In this document: positions 36,029 to 44,413 of the stretch, in pieces
Layout of the letters: the number at the start of each line of letters is the position of its first letter
Numbering within the stretch: the first letter of the stretch is position 1
Assembly: GCA_025935235.1 (NCBI GenBank)
Contig: JAICVT010000001.1
Span: 1 to 47,076, forward strand
Direction of reading: 5' to 3'
Source of the DNA: Ktedonobacterales bacterium
GTDB lineage: Bacteria; Chloroflexota; Ktedonobacteria; Ktedonobacterales; JADMIN01
DNA length: 47,076 nucleotides
Program-made: the position numbers and the translations under genes
Notes under the pieces: generated by a model
Seen by the model: the letters and a program-made list of their open reading frames with translations, nothing else
Databases searched by the model: none
What the model was told of the DNA's origin: nothing

Positions 36029-37792
36029 ATGACCTGGAGGCCCAGTCAGGGAAGCCGCGATCGCATGCCAGCCGTACAGCCAGCGCTCGACCTGCGCAAA
36101 GGGCTGACGGATCGTCCTCAAGGAAGAGATGGACGCCAGGAGGCTGGTCAAGGAGCCAGGCAGGGAGTCGAACGCCAACGCATCATCCTCGTCAGCAACC
36201 GTGGGCCTGTCAGCTTCAGCGTTGATCCGAAGACTGGCCGCTTTCATAGTGAGCCCGGCGCGGGTGGCGTGGTGAGTGGCCTGCTCAGCGCCACCCGCCA
36301 GCGATCCGTGACGTGGATCGCCGTGGCCATGAGCGACGCCGATCGCGCCATCGCGCGGGCGCATGCGGGTGGCGAGGGCCACGTCGTGCGCGACTTCCCC
36401 AATATCGCGCTGCGTCTGGTAGATACCGACGAGAACGTGTATCGCCGCTACTATGACGGCGTGAGCAACAAGGCGCTGTGGTTCATCCAGCACTATCTCT
36501 TGCAGCCAACACGCCATCCGCTCAGCGCCCAGACGACCCGCGACTGGGAAGAGGGCTACCGGGTGGTCAATGAGGCGGTGGCGCAGACCGTGATTGACGA
36601 CCTGGAGGCCACTGGCCTCGAGACGCCGGTGATGTTCCAGGACTACCACCTCTATCTGGCGCCGGGCATCGTGCGCGAGCGCCTGCCGTGGGCGCGGCTG
36701 ACCCACTTCGTCCACATCCCCTGGCCTGATGCGCGCTACTGGGAGCTGGCGCCCGAGGTGATGGCGAAGGGCGTCTTCGCCGGGCTGGCCGCCAACGACG
36801 TGATCGGCTTCCAGACCGAGCGCGATGCGCGCAATTTCCTCGATGGCGCGCAGCGCTTTGTGTCAGATGTCACGCGGATCGAGGCCGCGCCCGGTGAGGT
36901 GGGTGCGCTGCTGGTGGATGGCCGCCGCGTCAGCGCGCGCGCCTATCCGATCGCTGTCGCGCCGACCGAGGTCTATGCGCAGGCCAACGCCGAGCCAGAT
37001 GACGAGACGAAGCGGCTGCTGGCCCAGGCGCGACCCACTCCCGACCACAAGCTGATCTTGCGCGTGGATCGCGTCGAGCCGACCAAGAATATCGTGGCGG
37101 GCTTCCGCGCCTACGAGCGCATGCTGCAATGTAATAAGCGCCTGCGCGGGCATGTGACCTTCCTGGCGCTGCTAGTACCCTCGCGCGAGGGGCTGGCCGA
37201 GTATCGCGCGGTGATGCGCCAGACCCAGCAGGCCATTGAGCGCATCAACCGGCGCTATGGGACGGCGACCTGGCAGCCGATCATCGCCGTCTTTGGCAAC
37301 GACCGCGCGCGGGCGCTGGCCTGCATGCGCCAGTATGATGCGCTGCTGGTCAACCCGCTGCTGGACGGCATGAATCTGGTGGTGAAGGAAGGCGGGCTGG
37401 TCAACGAGCGCGCTGGGGTGACGGTGCTCTCGCGTACGGCGGGCGCCTATGAGCAGCTCGGCCCCTATGTGCTGGGTGTGCCGCCGACCGACATCGAGGC
37501 GATGAGCGAGAAGCTGCTGGAAGCGCTGACCATGCCGTCGCGCCAGCGCCACGAGCGAGCCACAGCCATGCTGCATCTGCTGCTGAAGGAGAGCGCGGCG
37601 ACCTGGCTCCAGGCGCAGTTACGCGATCTGCGCCAGCAGACGGCTCGCCCGCGGATGGTCTACCGCGCCGATACCGCGACCCAGCGCCTGGCGCGCTTCC
37701 CAGACGCCGACGCGCTGGCCCGCGAGACGCTGATGGCCGCGCGCCACGCGCTGACGCCGACCGCGCCGGCTAGCTCCGAGATTCACGCCTGA
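36029..37792 (+). CDS. otsA: Trehalose-6-phosphate synthase (GT20, OtsA-like)
   Basis: Carries ILVSNRGP, DYHLYLAP, IGFQTERDARNF, LRVDRVEPTKNI and LVNPLLDGMNLVVKEG. GAAGGAGGG lies 5 nt upstream of the ATG. Confidence 0.88.
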   Translation: MTWRPSQGSRDRMPAVQPALDLRKGLTDRPQGRDGRQEAGQGARQGVERQRIILVSNRGPVSFSVDPKTGRFHSEPGAGGVVSGLLSATRQRSVTWIAVAMSDADRAIARAHAGGEGHVVRDFPNIALRLVDTDENVYRRYYDGVSNKALWFIQHYLLQPTRHPLSAQTTRDWEEGYRVVNEAVAQTVIDDLEATGLETPVMFQDYHLYLAPGIVRERLPWARLTHFVHIPWPDARYWELAPEVMAKGVFAGLAANDVIGFQTERDARNFLDGAQRFVSDVTRIEAAPGEVGALLVDGRRVSARAYPIAVAPTEVYAQANAEPDDETKRLLAQARPTPDHKLILRVDRVEPTKNIVAGFRAYERMLQCNKRLRGHVTFLALLVPSREGLAEYRAVMRQTQQAIERINRRYGTATWQPIIAVFGNDRARALACMRQYDALLVNPLLDGMNLVVKEGGLVNERAGVTVLSRTAGAYEQLGPYVLGVPPTDIEAMSEKLLEALTMPSRQRHERATAMLHLLLKESAATWLQAQLRDLRQQTARPRMVYRADTATQRLARFPDADALARETLMAARHALTPTAPASSEIHA

Positions 37793-37823
37793 GCGCGGCG
37801 CCAATCAGAAGTGAGATGTGATC

Positions 37824-37872
37824 TGGCCCCGGTGTTGGCTCCTCTGTTCTGAGGGGAGCCGCGCCAGGGCCA
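37824..37872. terminator. Long imperfect hairpin between convergent genes
   Basis: tggccc...ggctcctct / agaggggagcc...gggcca gives about 20 pairs including G-U, with a 6-nt loop. Confidence 0.4.
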
Positions 37873-37962
37873 AACTCATTGTTGGCGCGGCGTTTGCTGG
37901 CGGTTGAAATCGCGCCTGGGAGGCCCGCGGGCCGCGAAGCTCGGCTCCGCCTGCCGCCTGGG

Positions 37963-40653
37963 CTACGCGCCTTCCTGCTCCGCAGCCTCCTCGGCGCGTC
38001 GCACGTCTATCGCTGGCTGCGGGATGTACGACAGGAGGCGCGTATAGTCAGCCTGAGAGGCGGGCGGGAGTGCGACCTGGCTGCCAGACCCGCCAGACCC
38101 GCCGCGCGTGCGGTTGAGGCGTTCGCGCACCGCGCTGAGCGTTTGCCCGGCGAGCGATCGCTGCCCAGACTCCCAGGCGACGCTGGCCAATATCACCAGG
38201 CTCTCCAGTGCCTGCGGGATCTGATTCTGCGCCTCACAGCGGTCGGCGCTGGCGCGCAGATACGCTTCGGCCTGGGGCATGTCGCCCAGGCGCGCAGCGG
38301 TTCGTCCGAGATGCTGGAGCGTCTGCGCCTCGCCCGCCACATCCTCCATGCGCTGGTAGAGATCCAGGCTGGCGGTGAAACGCTCCATCGCCTGCGCGAA
38401 GTCTTGCTGGGCCGAGGCCAGCTCGCCCAGACTGCTCTGAGCGACCGCGGTTCCCTGCCGATCCTCCAGATCCTCAAAAATCTGGAGGCTTTCCTCCAGC
38501 GTGTGCCGCGCGGCGGTCAGACCGCCCCGCAGCCGTTGGAGTTCGCCGAGATTGATCAGGCTGACGGCGACGCCGCGGCGGTCGCCGACCTGGCGCTTCA
38601 ACCTTAAACTCTCCTCGATCAGCGGCAGCGCGCGGTCGAGATCGCCGCACTCGATCAGCAGCGCGCTGAGATTGTTGAGAGCCACCAGCGCGCCGCGCGT
38701 ATCGCCCAGGTCACGCAAGATCGCCAGACCATCGGAGTACAGCTGGCCGGCCTGCGCCTGGTCGCCGCGAAACTTAGCCACATTGCCCAGCGTCAGCAGC
38801 GCTCTGGCCTGTTTGGCGGGCTGGTCGGTTTTCGCCAGGAAGGCGCGCCCGAACTGCTCGGCGCGTGCGTAGTCGTGGCGCCCGGCGGCCAGGATCGTCG
38901 CGCAATAAAGCGCGCGGGCGAGACTCTCATCGCGCACGCCCGACCCGCCGGACCCCGTAGACGCTGGAGCGTCCGCCAACGCCAGCATGCCCTCGACCCA
39001 CTCACGCCCCTCGATTCCGTAGCCGCGCGTCTCCCAGAACCACCAGAGCGCGCCCGCGAGCCGCAAGCCCAGATCGAGGTCGTGATGCTCGCGTGTCCAG
39101 CGCAGCGCCGCGCGGATGTTGTCATACTCATCCGCCAATCGCATCAGGCTCTGTCGCTGTTGCGCGCCGGTCAGCTCTTGCTCCAGGCGCTCTACGAGGT
39201 CGGTGAAATACGCGGCGTGACGCTGGGCGAGCGAGGCGCTCTCCTTGCGTTCATCCAGCAACGTTCGCGCATGGGCGGCGATCACGGTGTGCATGCTGAA
39301 GCGCGCCGAGTCATCGCTGGATGGCGCGGCGAACATCAGGCTGTGATCAACGAGCTGGGTCAACGCGACCAGACTCGCGTCCTCGTCGCTCTGATTGTTC
39401 TGGTCAAGTGAATTGGAGAGCGCAGGTGGCGTCGGCCCACAGATCGCCTCCGCCGCTTCAACCGACCAGCTTCCCGCAAAGACGCCAAGGCGCCGAAACA
39501 GAACCTGCGCGCGTCCATCCAGCAGGTGATAGCTCCAGGACACCGCGTCGCGCATCGAGCGTTGGCGCGCGCTGCCAGCCTGAGCGCCAGCCTCTGTGCG
39601 GCGCGTGAGGAGTGAGAGCAGTCCACGTCCGCTGGCTGATGAGAGCTGGAGCAGCATCTCGCGCGGCGCCAGGCGATCAGACCAGGCGGCGGCCAGCTCG
39701 ATGGCCAGCGGGATGCCGCCCAGGCGGGCGCAGATCCTGGTGATGGCGCGCACGGCGGCGGGCGTGACGGCAAATCCCGGCTGCGCGCTCCTCGCGCGCT
39801 CCACGAAGAGCGTCAGCGCTGGGGCGCTCAGCGCCAGATCAGCGGAGATGGCGCGGCGCGGATCGGGCATGGCGAGCGGCGGCAGCGCGACAACACGCTC
39901 ACCAGCAATCTCGACCGGATGGCGACTCGTAACGAGCAGACGCGCGTGCGGGCAGCGTTCGAGGAGCTGGCTCAACAGCGAGCGCGCCTCCAGGAGATGC
40001 TCGAAGGTGTCGAGGACGAGCAGCAGACGCCTGTCCGTCAGCTCCGCGCAGAGCGTCTCGCTCAGCGATTGGCCTGCGCGTTCGCGGACGCCGAGCGCAT
40101 GCGCCAACGCCGACGGAACATACGCGGCGTGGGCCACCGGGGCCAAATCAACGACCGCCACATCCGCAGCCAACGCAGGCGGCAGGGATCCGATCACCTC
40201 CAACGCCAGGCGCGTCTTGCCAATCCCGGCTGGGCCAGTCAGTGTGACCATGCGATCATGGTCCTCGGCGAGCGCGGCTCGCACGGCCTTCAGTTCACTC
40301 GCGCGGCCAATCAGCGGCGGCGGCACAGCGAACTCGTCGCCAGCGGGCGGCTCGCCTGTCATCGGCTCGCCTGTCATCGGCGCCGCTGCCGCGTGAGCCA
40401 GAGAGGTCACATGGGCGCCGCCAGTGAAGCGCGCGGGGCGCAGCAGCGCCTCCTCATCCGCGGTCAGCTCCAGCGCCGCGCTCAGCAGGCGCAGGGTATC
40501 GCGGCGCGGGTAGCGGCTGATACCGCGCTCAATGTCGCTGATCGTGCGGATGCTTACGCCAGAGTGTTCAGCCAGTTCCTCCTGCGTCAGGCCGTGCGCC
40601 GTCCGCAACTGCTGGAGCGCCAGCGCCAGCGTTGGCGGTTCTGGATGGGCCAT
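37963..40653 (-). CDS. STAND-type regulator: XRE-HTH + P-loop NTPase + TPR (no LuxR domain)
   Basis: XRE HTH is GLTQEELAEHSGVSIRTISDIERG. Walker A is LTGPAGIGKTRLA and Walker B is LLLVLDTFEH. Many clear TPR units (e.g. LGNVAKFRGDQAQAGQLYSDGLAI). The ATG at 40653 has GGGAGG 6 nt upstream; a TTG lies at 40659. Confidence 0.9.
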   Translation of the reverse strand: MAHPEPPTLALALQQLRTAHGLTQEELAEHSGVSIRTISDIERGISRYPRRDTLRLLSAALELTADEEALLRPARFTGGAHVTSLAHAAAAPMTGEPMTGEPPAGDEFAVPPPLIGRASELKAVRAALAEDHDRMVTLTGPAGIGKTRLALEVIGSLPPALAADVAVVDLAPVAHAAYVPSALAHALGVRERAGQSLSETLCAELTDRRLLLVLDTFEHLLEARSLLSQLLERCPHARLLVTSRHPVEIAGERVVALPPLAMPDPRRAISADLALSAPALTLFVERARSAQPGFAVTPAAVRAITRICARLGGIPLAIELAAAWSDRLAPREMLLQLSSASGRGLLSLLTRRTEAGAQAGSARQRSMRDAVSWSYHLLDGRAQVLFRRLGVFAGSWSVEAAEAICGPTPPALSNSLDQNNQSDEDASLVALTQLVDHSLMFAAPSSDDSARFSMHTVIAAHARTLLDERKESASLAQRHAAYFTDLVERLEQELTGAQQRQSLMRLADEYDNIRAALRWTREHHDLDLGLRLAGALWWFWETRGYGIEGREWVEGMLALADAPASTGSGGSGVRDESLARALYCATILAAGRHDYARAEQFGRAFLAKTDQPAKQARALLTLGNVAKFRGDQAQAGQLYSDGLAILRDLGDTRGALVALNNLSALLIECGDLDRALPLIEESLRLKRQVGDRRGVAVSLINLGELQRLRGGLTAARHTLEESLQIFEDLEDRQGTAVAQSSLGELASAQQDFAQAMERFTASLDLYQRMEDVAGEAQTLQHLGRTAARLGDMPQAEAYLRASADRCEAQNQIPQALESLVILASVAWESGQRSLAGQTLSAVRERLNRTRGGSGGSGSQVALPPASQADYTRLLSYIPQPAIDVRRAEEAAEQEGA

Positions 40654-40670
40654 GAGCAACCTCCCTGCGC

Positions 40671-40710
40671 CTGCCCGATTCTGCCCGACTGTGCCCGATT
40701 CTGCCGGTGA
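40671..40710. repeat. 10-nt direct tandem repeat x4 (ctgcccgatt)
   Basis: ctgcccgatt ctgcccgact gtgcccgatt ctgccggtga, immediately upstream of the STAND gene start. Confidence 0.85.
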
Positions 40711-40929
40711 TTCCGTGGTTTTGCCACTAGCGTCGAATCGCGCCTCACGGTAGGCTTACGCTTGAAGCGCTTGATACGCTGATTGCCCTCACAGACAGGC
40801 GTGCGGCGGATGCGCGATTGGCGTCGCATCCGCACAGCAGTGTAGCACAGCCTGTCTGGCGGTATCGTATACGCTTCGCGCCTGTCGTTCGCGGCTCCGG
40901 TCGCTCCGAAACACAAGGGGGAGAGGAAG

Positions 40930-41610
40930 ATGGCTAGACAGAAGCGGTCATCGTGTCAGAGCGTAGCGATCTCTCGGCTGGGGATCAGCGTGTTGCTGGT
41001 CAGCGTGCTGGCGCTGGCCGCGTGCGCGAGTGGCGGAGCATCCAGCGGCGCTGGTGGCGCTGGTGGCTCCTCGTCTACTGGCAGCTCGCCGACGGCGACG
41101 GCGCCTGGGCCGACACCGACGATCGCACTCCAGCAGATCACAGTCGCCTATTGCTCAAAGCTCCTGCCGCTGGCGACGGCCAACCAGATCATCCCGGCGT
41201 CCAGTCCGGCGACCACAATCACGCAAGGCAACCCCAACCCCGCTCTGAGCGGCGCGTGCAATTATGTCGTGCCGCCCTCGCAGGCGCTGTTGGTCGTCTA
41301 CTTCATCCCCTATCATGGACCCGACCCAATCCCGCAGAGTGACATTCAATCCGAGCTGTCAAAGGCCGCTGGAAACGACGTGACGGTCACGGCGCTCAAC
41401 ATGGTCTCCGGAATCGGCGACCAGGCGGCATATGTGGAGGCGACCGCCAACGGTAATGGCGGCTCGGTCACTATCCATATCTTCTATGTGCTTGAAGGCC
41501 CGTTCATCTTCGACTGCTTCACGGAGAGCTACCTTTCGCCCGTGATGGCGAACCAGAGCCAGCTCCGGCAGTGCGCGACGACGGTGGATGCCAACCTGCG
41601 CACGTCATAG
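40930..41610 (+). CDS. Hypothetical lipoprotein
   Basis: Signal peptide with lipobox LALAAC, then a G/S-rich linker. No recognised domain. Confidence 0.65.
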   Translation: MARQKRSSCQSVAISRLGISVLLVSVLALAACASGGASSGAGGAGGSSSTGSSPTATAPGPTPTIALQQITVAYCSKLLPLATANQIIPASSPATTITQGNPNPALSGACNYVVPPSQALLVVYFIPYHGPDPIPQSDIQSELSKAAGNDVTVTALNMVSGIGDQAAYVEATANGNGGSVTIHIFYVLEGPFIFDCFTESYLSPVMANQSQLRQCATTVDANLRTS

Positions 41611-41638
41611 CGTCCGCGCGCCTGATCCGCGGTTGGCA

Positions 41639-42364
41639 TCACTCGCGGATAATCTCGCCATTGTTGAGGATGGATGGGTCGGGGGTGTAGGTGGGGTACT
41701 CGATCTCCCAGATGTGGCCCGGCTCCTCGCGCGCCTCCCAGCGGCGCAGCGCATCCATCAGCACGGCGCGCTGGATGTCAGGCCGGTTCGGCAGGCCCAG
41801 CGGATCGCCCAGCGTGAAGCCGACCGGATGAATCGCGCGTGGCGGTCCCATCTCCGCTGAGGCCTTGGGCAGCAGGGTGATGAGGACGGTGGGCAGGCCC
41901 AGCATCTCGATCTCGCGTTGAATCGCCACGACCGTGCGATGGCAAAGCGGTCAGCCAGCGGTCAGCAGCACAGCGTCGGCGCGCGAGCGCTCGATCAGCT
42001 TCGCCATCTCGGGCGCGGCGCGCTCGTAGAGGTCGCGGATCTTCTGGGTGTAGCCCATGAAGCCGAGATGCTTGTCACCCACACCGCCGATCACGCCCTC
42101 GGCCGCCAACTCGCGCAGGCGATCAATTGGGAAGACGCAGTTGATGTCCTGGTCGGCGTGGCGGTGGTCATAGTGCTCGTGCGTCACCATCAGGTGGTCG
42201 CTGGCCACATCGCCAGGGATCAGCCGCCACGAGTTGTCGCCCGCCAGATCAAACGGCTCCTGCTCGCGCAGGTGCACGCCCGCCGTCGTGACCAGCGCGA
42301 AAGTCGTCTCAGCCAGCTCGCGTCGTCGCGGGGTATAGGGGATGCAGCGGCGCGACATCGGCAT
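41639..42364 (-). CDS. Selenoprotein B family protein (PrdB/GrdB-like), Sec encoded by in-frame TGA at 41951..41953
   Basis: The two track ORFs are in the same frame and separated only by the TGA. The joined product reads ...RADAVLLTAG-U-PLCHRTVVAIQREIEMLGLPTVLI... It also has VTHEHYDH..DQDINCVFPIDRLRELAAEG, matching my recollection of PrdB (..MTAGUGTCHR.., DINCMFPLDRL). A SECIS-like hairpin lies downstream. Confidence 0.8.
41918..41945 (-). promoter_or_regulatory. SECIS-like stem-loop downstream of the UGA
   Basis: mRNA reads UGA-CCGCUUUGCC-AUCGCAC-GGUC-GU(G)GCGAU-U-CAA. The 7-bp upper stem has one bulged G and starts 11 nt after the UGA. The apical loop is GGUC, and there is a short lower stem UUG/CAA. 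Confidence 0.6.
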
Positions 42365-42451
42365 AGCGACAGCCTCGATTCTGGCATAGAGTGGCGCGGC
42401 GGCGGTTGATGATGAGCGTATGGATTAGGCAATCGTGTGGCGCCGTAGGAG

Positions 42452-42591
42452 ACGGGCGGGTAAACCCGCAGCTAAGGGCGTTCCGCCGCGAAGCCTGCCT
42501 CCGCAGGCTAGGAGACGGTGGGTTACGTCCTAGCCTGCGGAGGCAGGCTTCGCGGCCCGCAGGCCACTTAGCTGCGGCTTCAGCCGCCCGT
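42452..42591. repeat. 140-nt imperfect palindrome with 29-bp perfect central stem
   Basis: Arms 42485-42513 (gccgcgaagcctgcctccgcaggctagga) and 42528-42556 are perfectly complementary, around the 14-nt loop gacggtgggttacg. Outer pairings are ccgcagctaag/cttagctgcgg and acgggcgg/ccgcccgt. Confidence 0.9.
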
Positions 42592-42654
42592 GGCCCCGCG
42601 CCGGACCATCACCCAATCACCATGTGTTTCCGCATCAACCGCTGGCTTGTTATG

Positions 42655-43146
42655 TTAGCTGAGCTTGCGCAACACCTCGAACAGCTCTTCGTTGTCGGGC
42701 GTCTCGCCGATGGGGCGATGGACGTGGATCCAGGCAATCTTGCCGCTCTTATCAATCACGAAAAGCGCGCGCTCAGCCATGCCCCCCGGATGCCGCACGC
42801 CGTAGAGATCAACTACCTTGCCCTGGGGATAGAAGTCGGAGAGCAGCGGGAAGGTCACGCCGATCTGCTTGGCCCACGCGGCCAGCGAGTGCTTGGTGTC
42901 CTCGCTGACGCCGATCACCTCGGTGTCATAGGAGCGGAAGCGGTCCAGCTCCGCCTCATACGAGGGCATTTGCGCCGAGCAGGTCGCGCTGAACGCGAAG
43001 GGGAAGAAGGCCAGCACGACGTTCTGCTTGCCACGGAACTCGCTGAGCGTCACCGATCCGTCGGTGGTGGCGGAGGCCAGGGTAAAATCAGGGGCTTCAT
43101 CGCCCACTTTCAACGTCGGCGTAAACGACGCGCTCTCGACTGCCAT
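42655..43146 (-). CDS. Peroxiredoxin (AhpC/TSA-Bcp/AhpE-like thiol peroxidase)
   Basis: GDEAPDFTL...[21 protein letters not shown] has the peroxidatic Cys in a T-C context. The ATG at 43146 has AAGGAG 10 nt upstream. The ORF is open to 43197. Confidence 0.85.
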   Translation of the reverse strand: MAVESASFTPTLKVGDEAPDFTLASATTDGSVTLSEFRGKQNVVLAFFPFAFSATCSAQMPSYEAELDRFRSYDTEVIGVSEDTKHSLAAWAKQIGVTFPLLSDFYPQGKVVDLYGVRHPGGMAERALFVIDKSGKIAWIHVHRPIGETPDNEELFEVLRKLS

Positions 43147-43260
43147 GTGAGAAGCTCTCCTTCTTGCACGCACGCGCTGCTTCAGCGTCTGCGCCAAAAT
43201 GCGGGCGTGGGGGTTCGCTTGGGATTGTAGCGTGGGGCTTGCGCCAGCGTCAAACCCGTC

Positions 43261-43300
43261 AGACCGCGCCAGACCGCGCCAGACCGCGCCAGACCGCGCC
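43261..43300. repeat. 10-nt direct tandem repeat x4 (agaccgcgcc)
   Basis: Four perfect copies at 43261-43300. An 11-nt repeat (gcgtcaactgc) follows at 43350-43371. Confidence 0.92.
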
Positions 43301-43363
43301 GTGCCAGCGCCGCTGGCTATCAGCGGTCTATCGGCGGCGCGTCAGCGGTGCGTCAACTGCGCG

Positions 43364-44182
43364 TCAACTGCGCGTCGCGCTGGGCAGCGTGAACCAGACG
43401 CTCGCGCCATGATCCGGCTGGCCGGTGGCGGCGTCCGCGCCGATCTCGCCGCCATGCAGCTCGATGATGCGGCGCGCGATGTAGAGGCTCAGCCCCAGAC
43501 CCGCGCCGCCGCTCGCGCCGCCCGGCTGCGGCGGTGGCGCGCCGCGATAGAACGGCTCGAAGATGTAGGCGCGGTCGCGTCCGGCGATGCCCGGCCCCTG
43601 GTCGCGCGTCTCCACGCGCAGCCGCTTGCCCACGCGTCGCGCCGCCAGCGTGATGGGCGTCTGCGCTGGCGAATAGGCGAGCGCGTTGGCCAGCAGATAG
43701 TCCATCACCTGCTGGATGCGCGCGGGGTCGGCCAGCGCCAGCAGCGGACCCTGCCGCTGGGGCAACTCGACGACGATGGGGCGCCCATGCGCCTCGGCGC
43801 CCTCAGAGGCGATGCGCCGCAGCAGCGCGCCTATGTCCACGCATGTGAAGGAGAGCGTCAGGCGTCCGCTATCGGCGCGCGCGGCCTCGCTGAGCGCGCT
43901 GGCGATCTGGTCCAGCTCATCCACCGCCTGCGAGAGCAGCGCCGCCGACTCCAGCCGTGGCGCCCGCCCACGCTCGATAGCGCGCGCCACCATCTGCGCG
44001 TTCAGCTTCAGGCTCGCCAGCGGATTCTTGATCTCGTGCGCGATGGTCGAGAGCGCGTGGCTCATCTGAGCCATCTGGTCGGGGTGATTCGTCGCCGCTG
44101 GCTCTCCACTGCCTTCCGCCGCATGCTCTGGGGCCATCAACACCCTCCCTGCATCTCTGTCTCGCACCGACGAGGCATTCAC
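43364..44182 (-). CDS. Cytoplasmic histidine kinase (HisKA + HATPase_c), no sensor domain, no adjacent regulator
   Basis: H-box is LSTIAHEIKNPLASL. N and G boxes are LLANALAYSP, DQGPGI and GAGLGLSLYIARRII. Confidence 0.85.
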   Translation of the reverse strand: MNASSVRDRDAGRVLMAPEHAAEGSGEPAATNHPDQMAQMSHALSTIAHEIKNPLASLKLNAQMVARAIERGRAPRLESAALLSQAVDELDQIASALSEAARADSGRLTLSFTCVDIGALLRRIASEGAEAHGRPIVVELPQRQGPLLALADPARIQQVMDYLLANALAYSPAQTPITLAARRVGKRLRVETRDQGPGIAGRDRAYIFEPFYRGAPPPQPGGASGGAGLGLSLYIARRIIELHGGEIGADAATGQPDHGASVWFTLPSATRS

Positions 44183-44413
44183 TCTCCGATACTTCTAGCA
44201 TACGTCATCGCCCTGCCCGCGCTCACGCCCCTCGGCTGGCCCATCACGTTTGGTGAGGCGCGATGCGAAGTTTTGCTGAGTTTTGCAATGGGAAATTGAC
44301 CGGCGAGGCGCGGCGATGGTAGCGTTGCGGCAGAACGCCAGCCAACGTTAGCTGACGCCAGCAGACGCCAGCCGGGCGCCAAAGCGTCGGGGGATAGATC
44401 AGGAAGCCTACGT

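Noticed and set aside
14789-40653. Interpreting the three STAND NTPases as an antiviral (Avs-like) defence island.
   Set aside because: No nuclease, protease, TIR, SIR2 or other effector domain is attached. The attached modules are HTH DNA-binding or cyclase signalling domains, and the neighbours are housekeeping or regulatory genes rather than defence genes.
41639-42364. Reading 41951..42364 and 41639..41929 as two independent small genes or as a nonsense-mutated pseudogene.
   Set aside because: The two share the same frame with only a single TGA between them. The TGA sits in a U-x-x-C-H-R context typical of the selenoprotein B family, and a SECIS-like hairpin starts 11 nt downstream. The second ORF's GTG 'start' has no RBS of its own.
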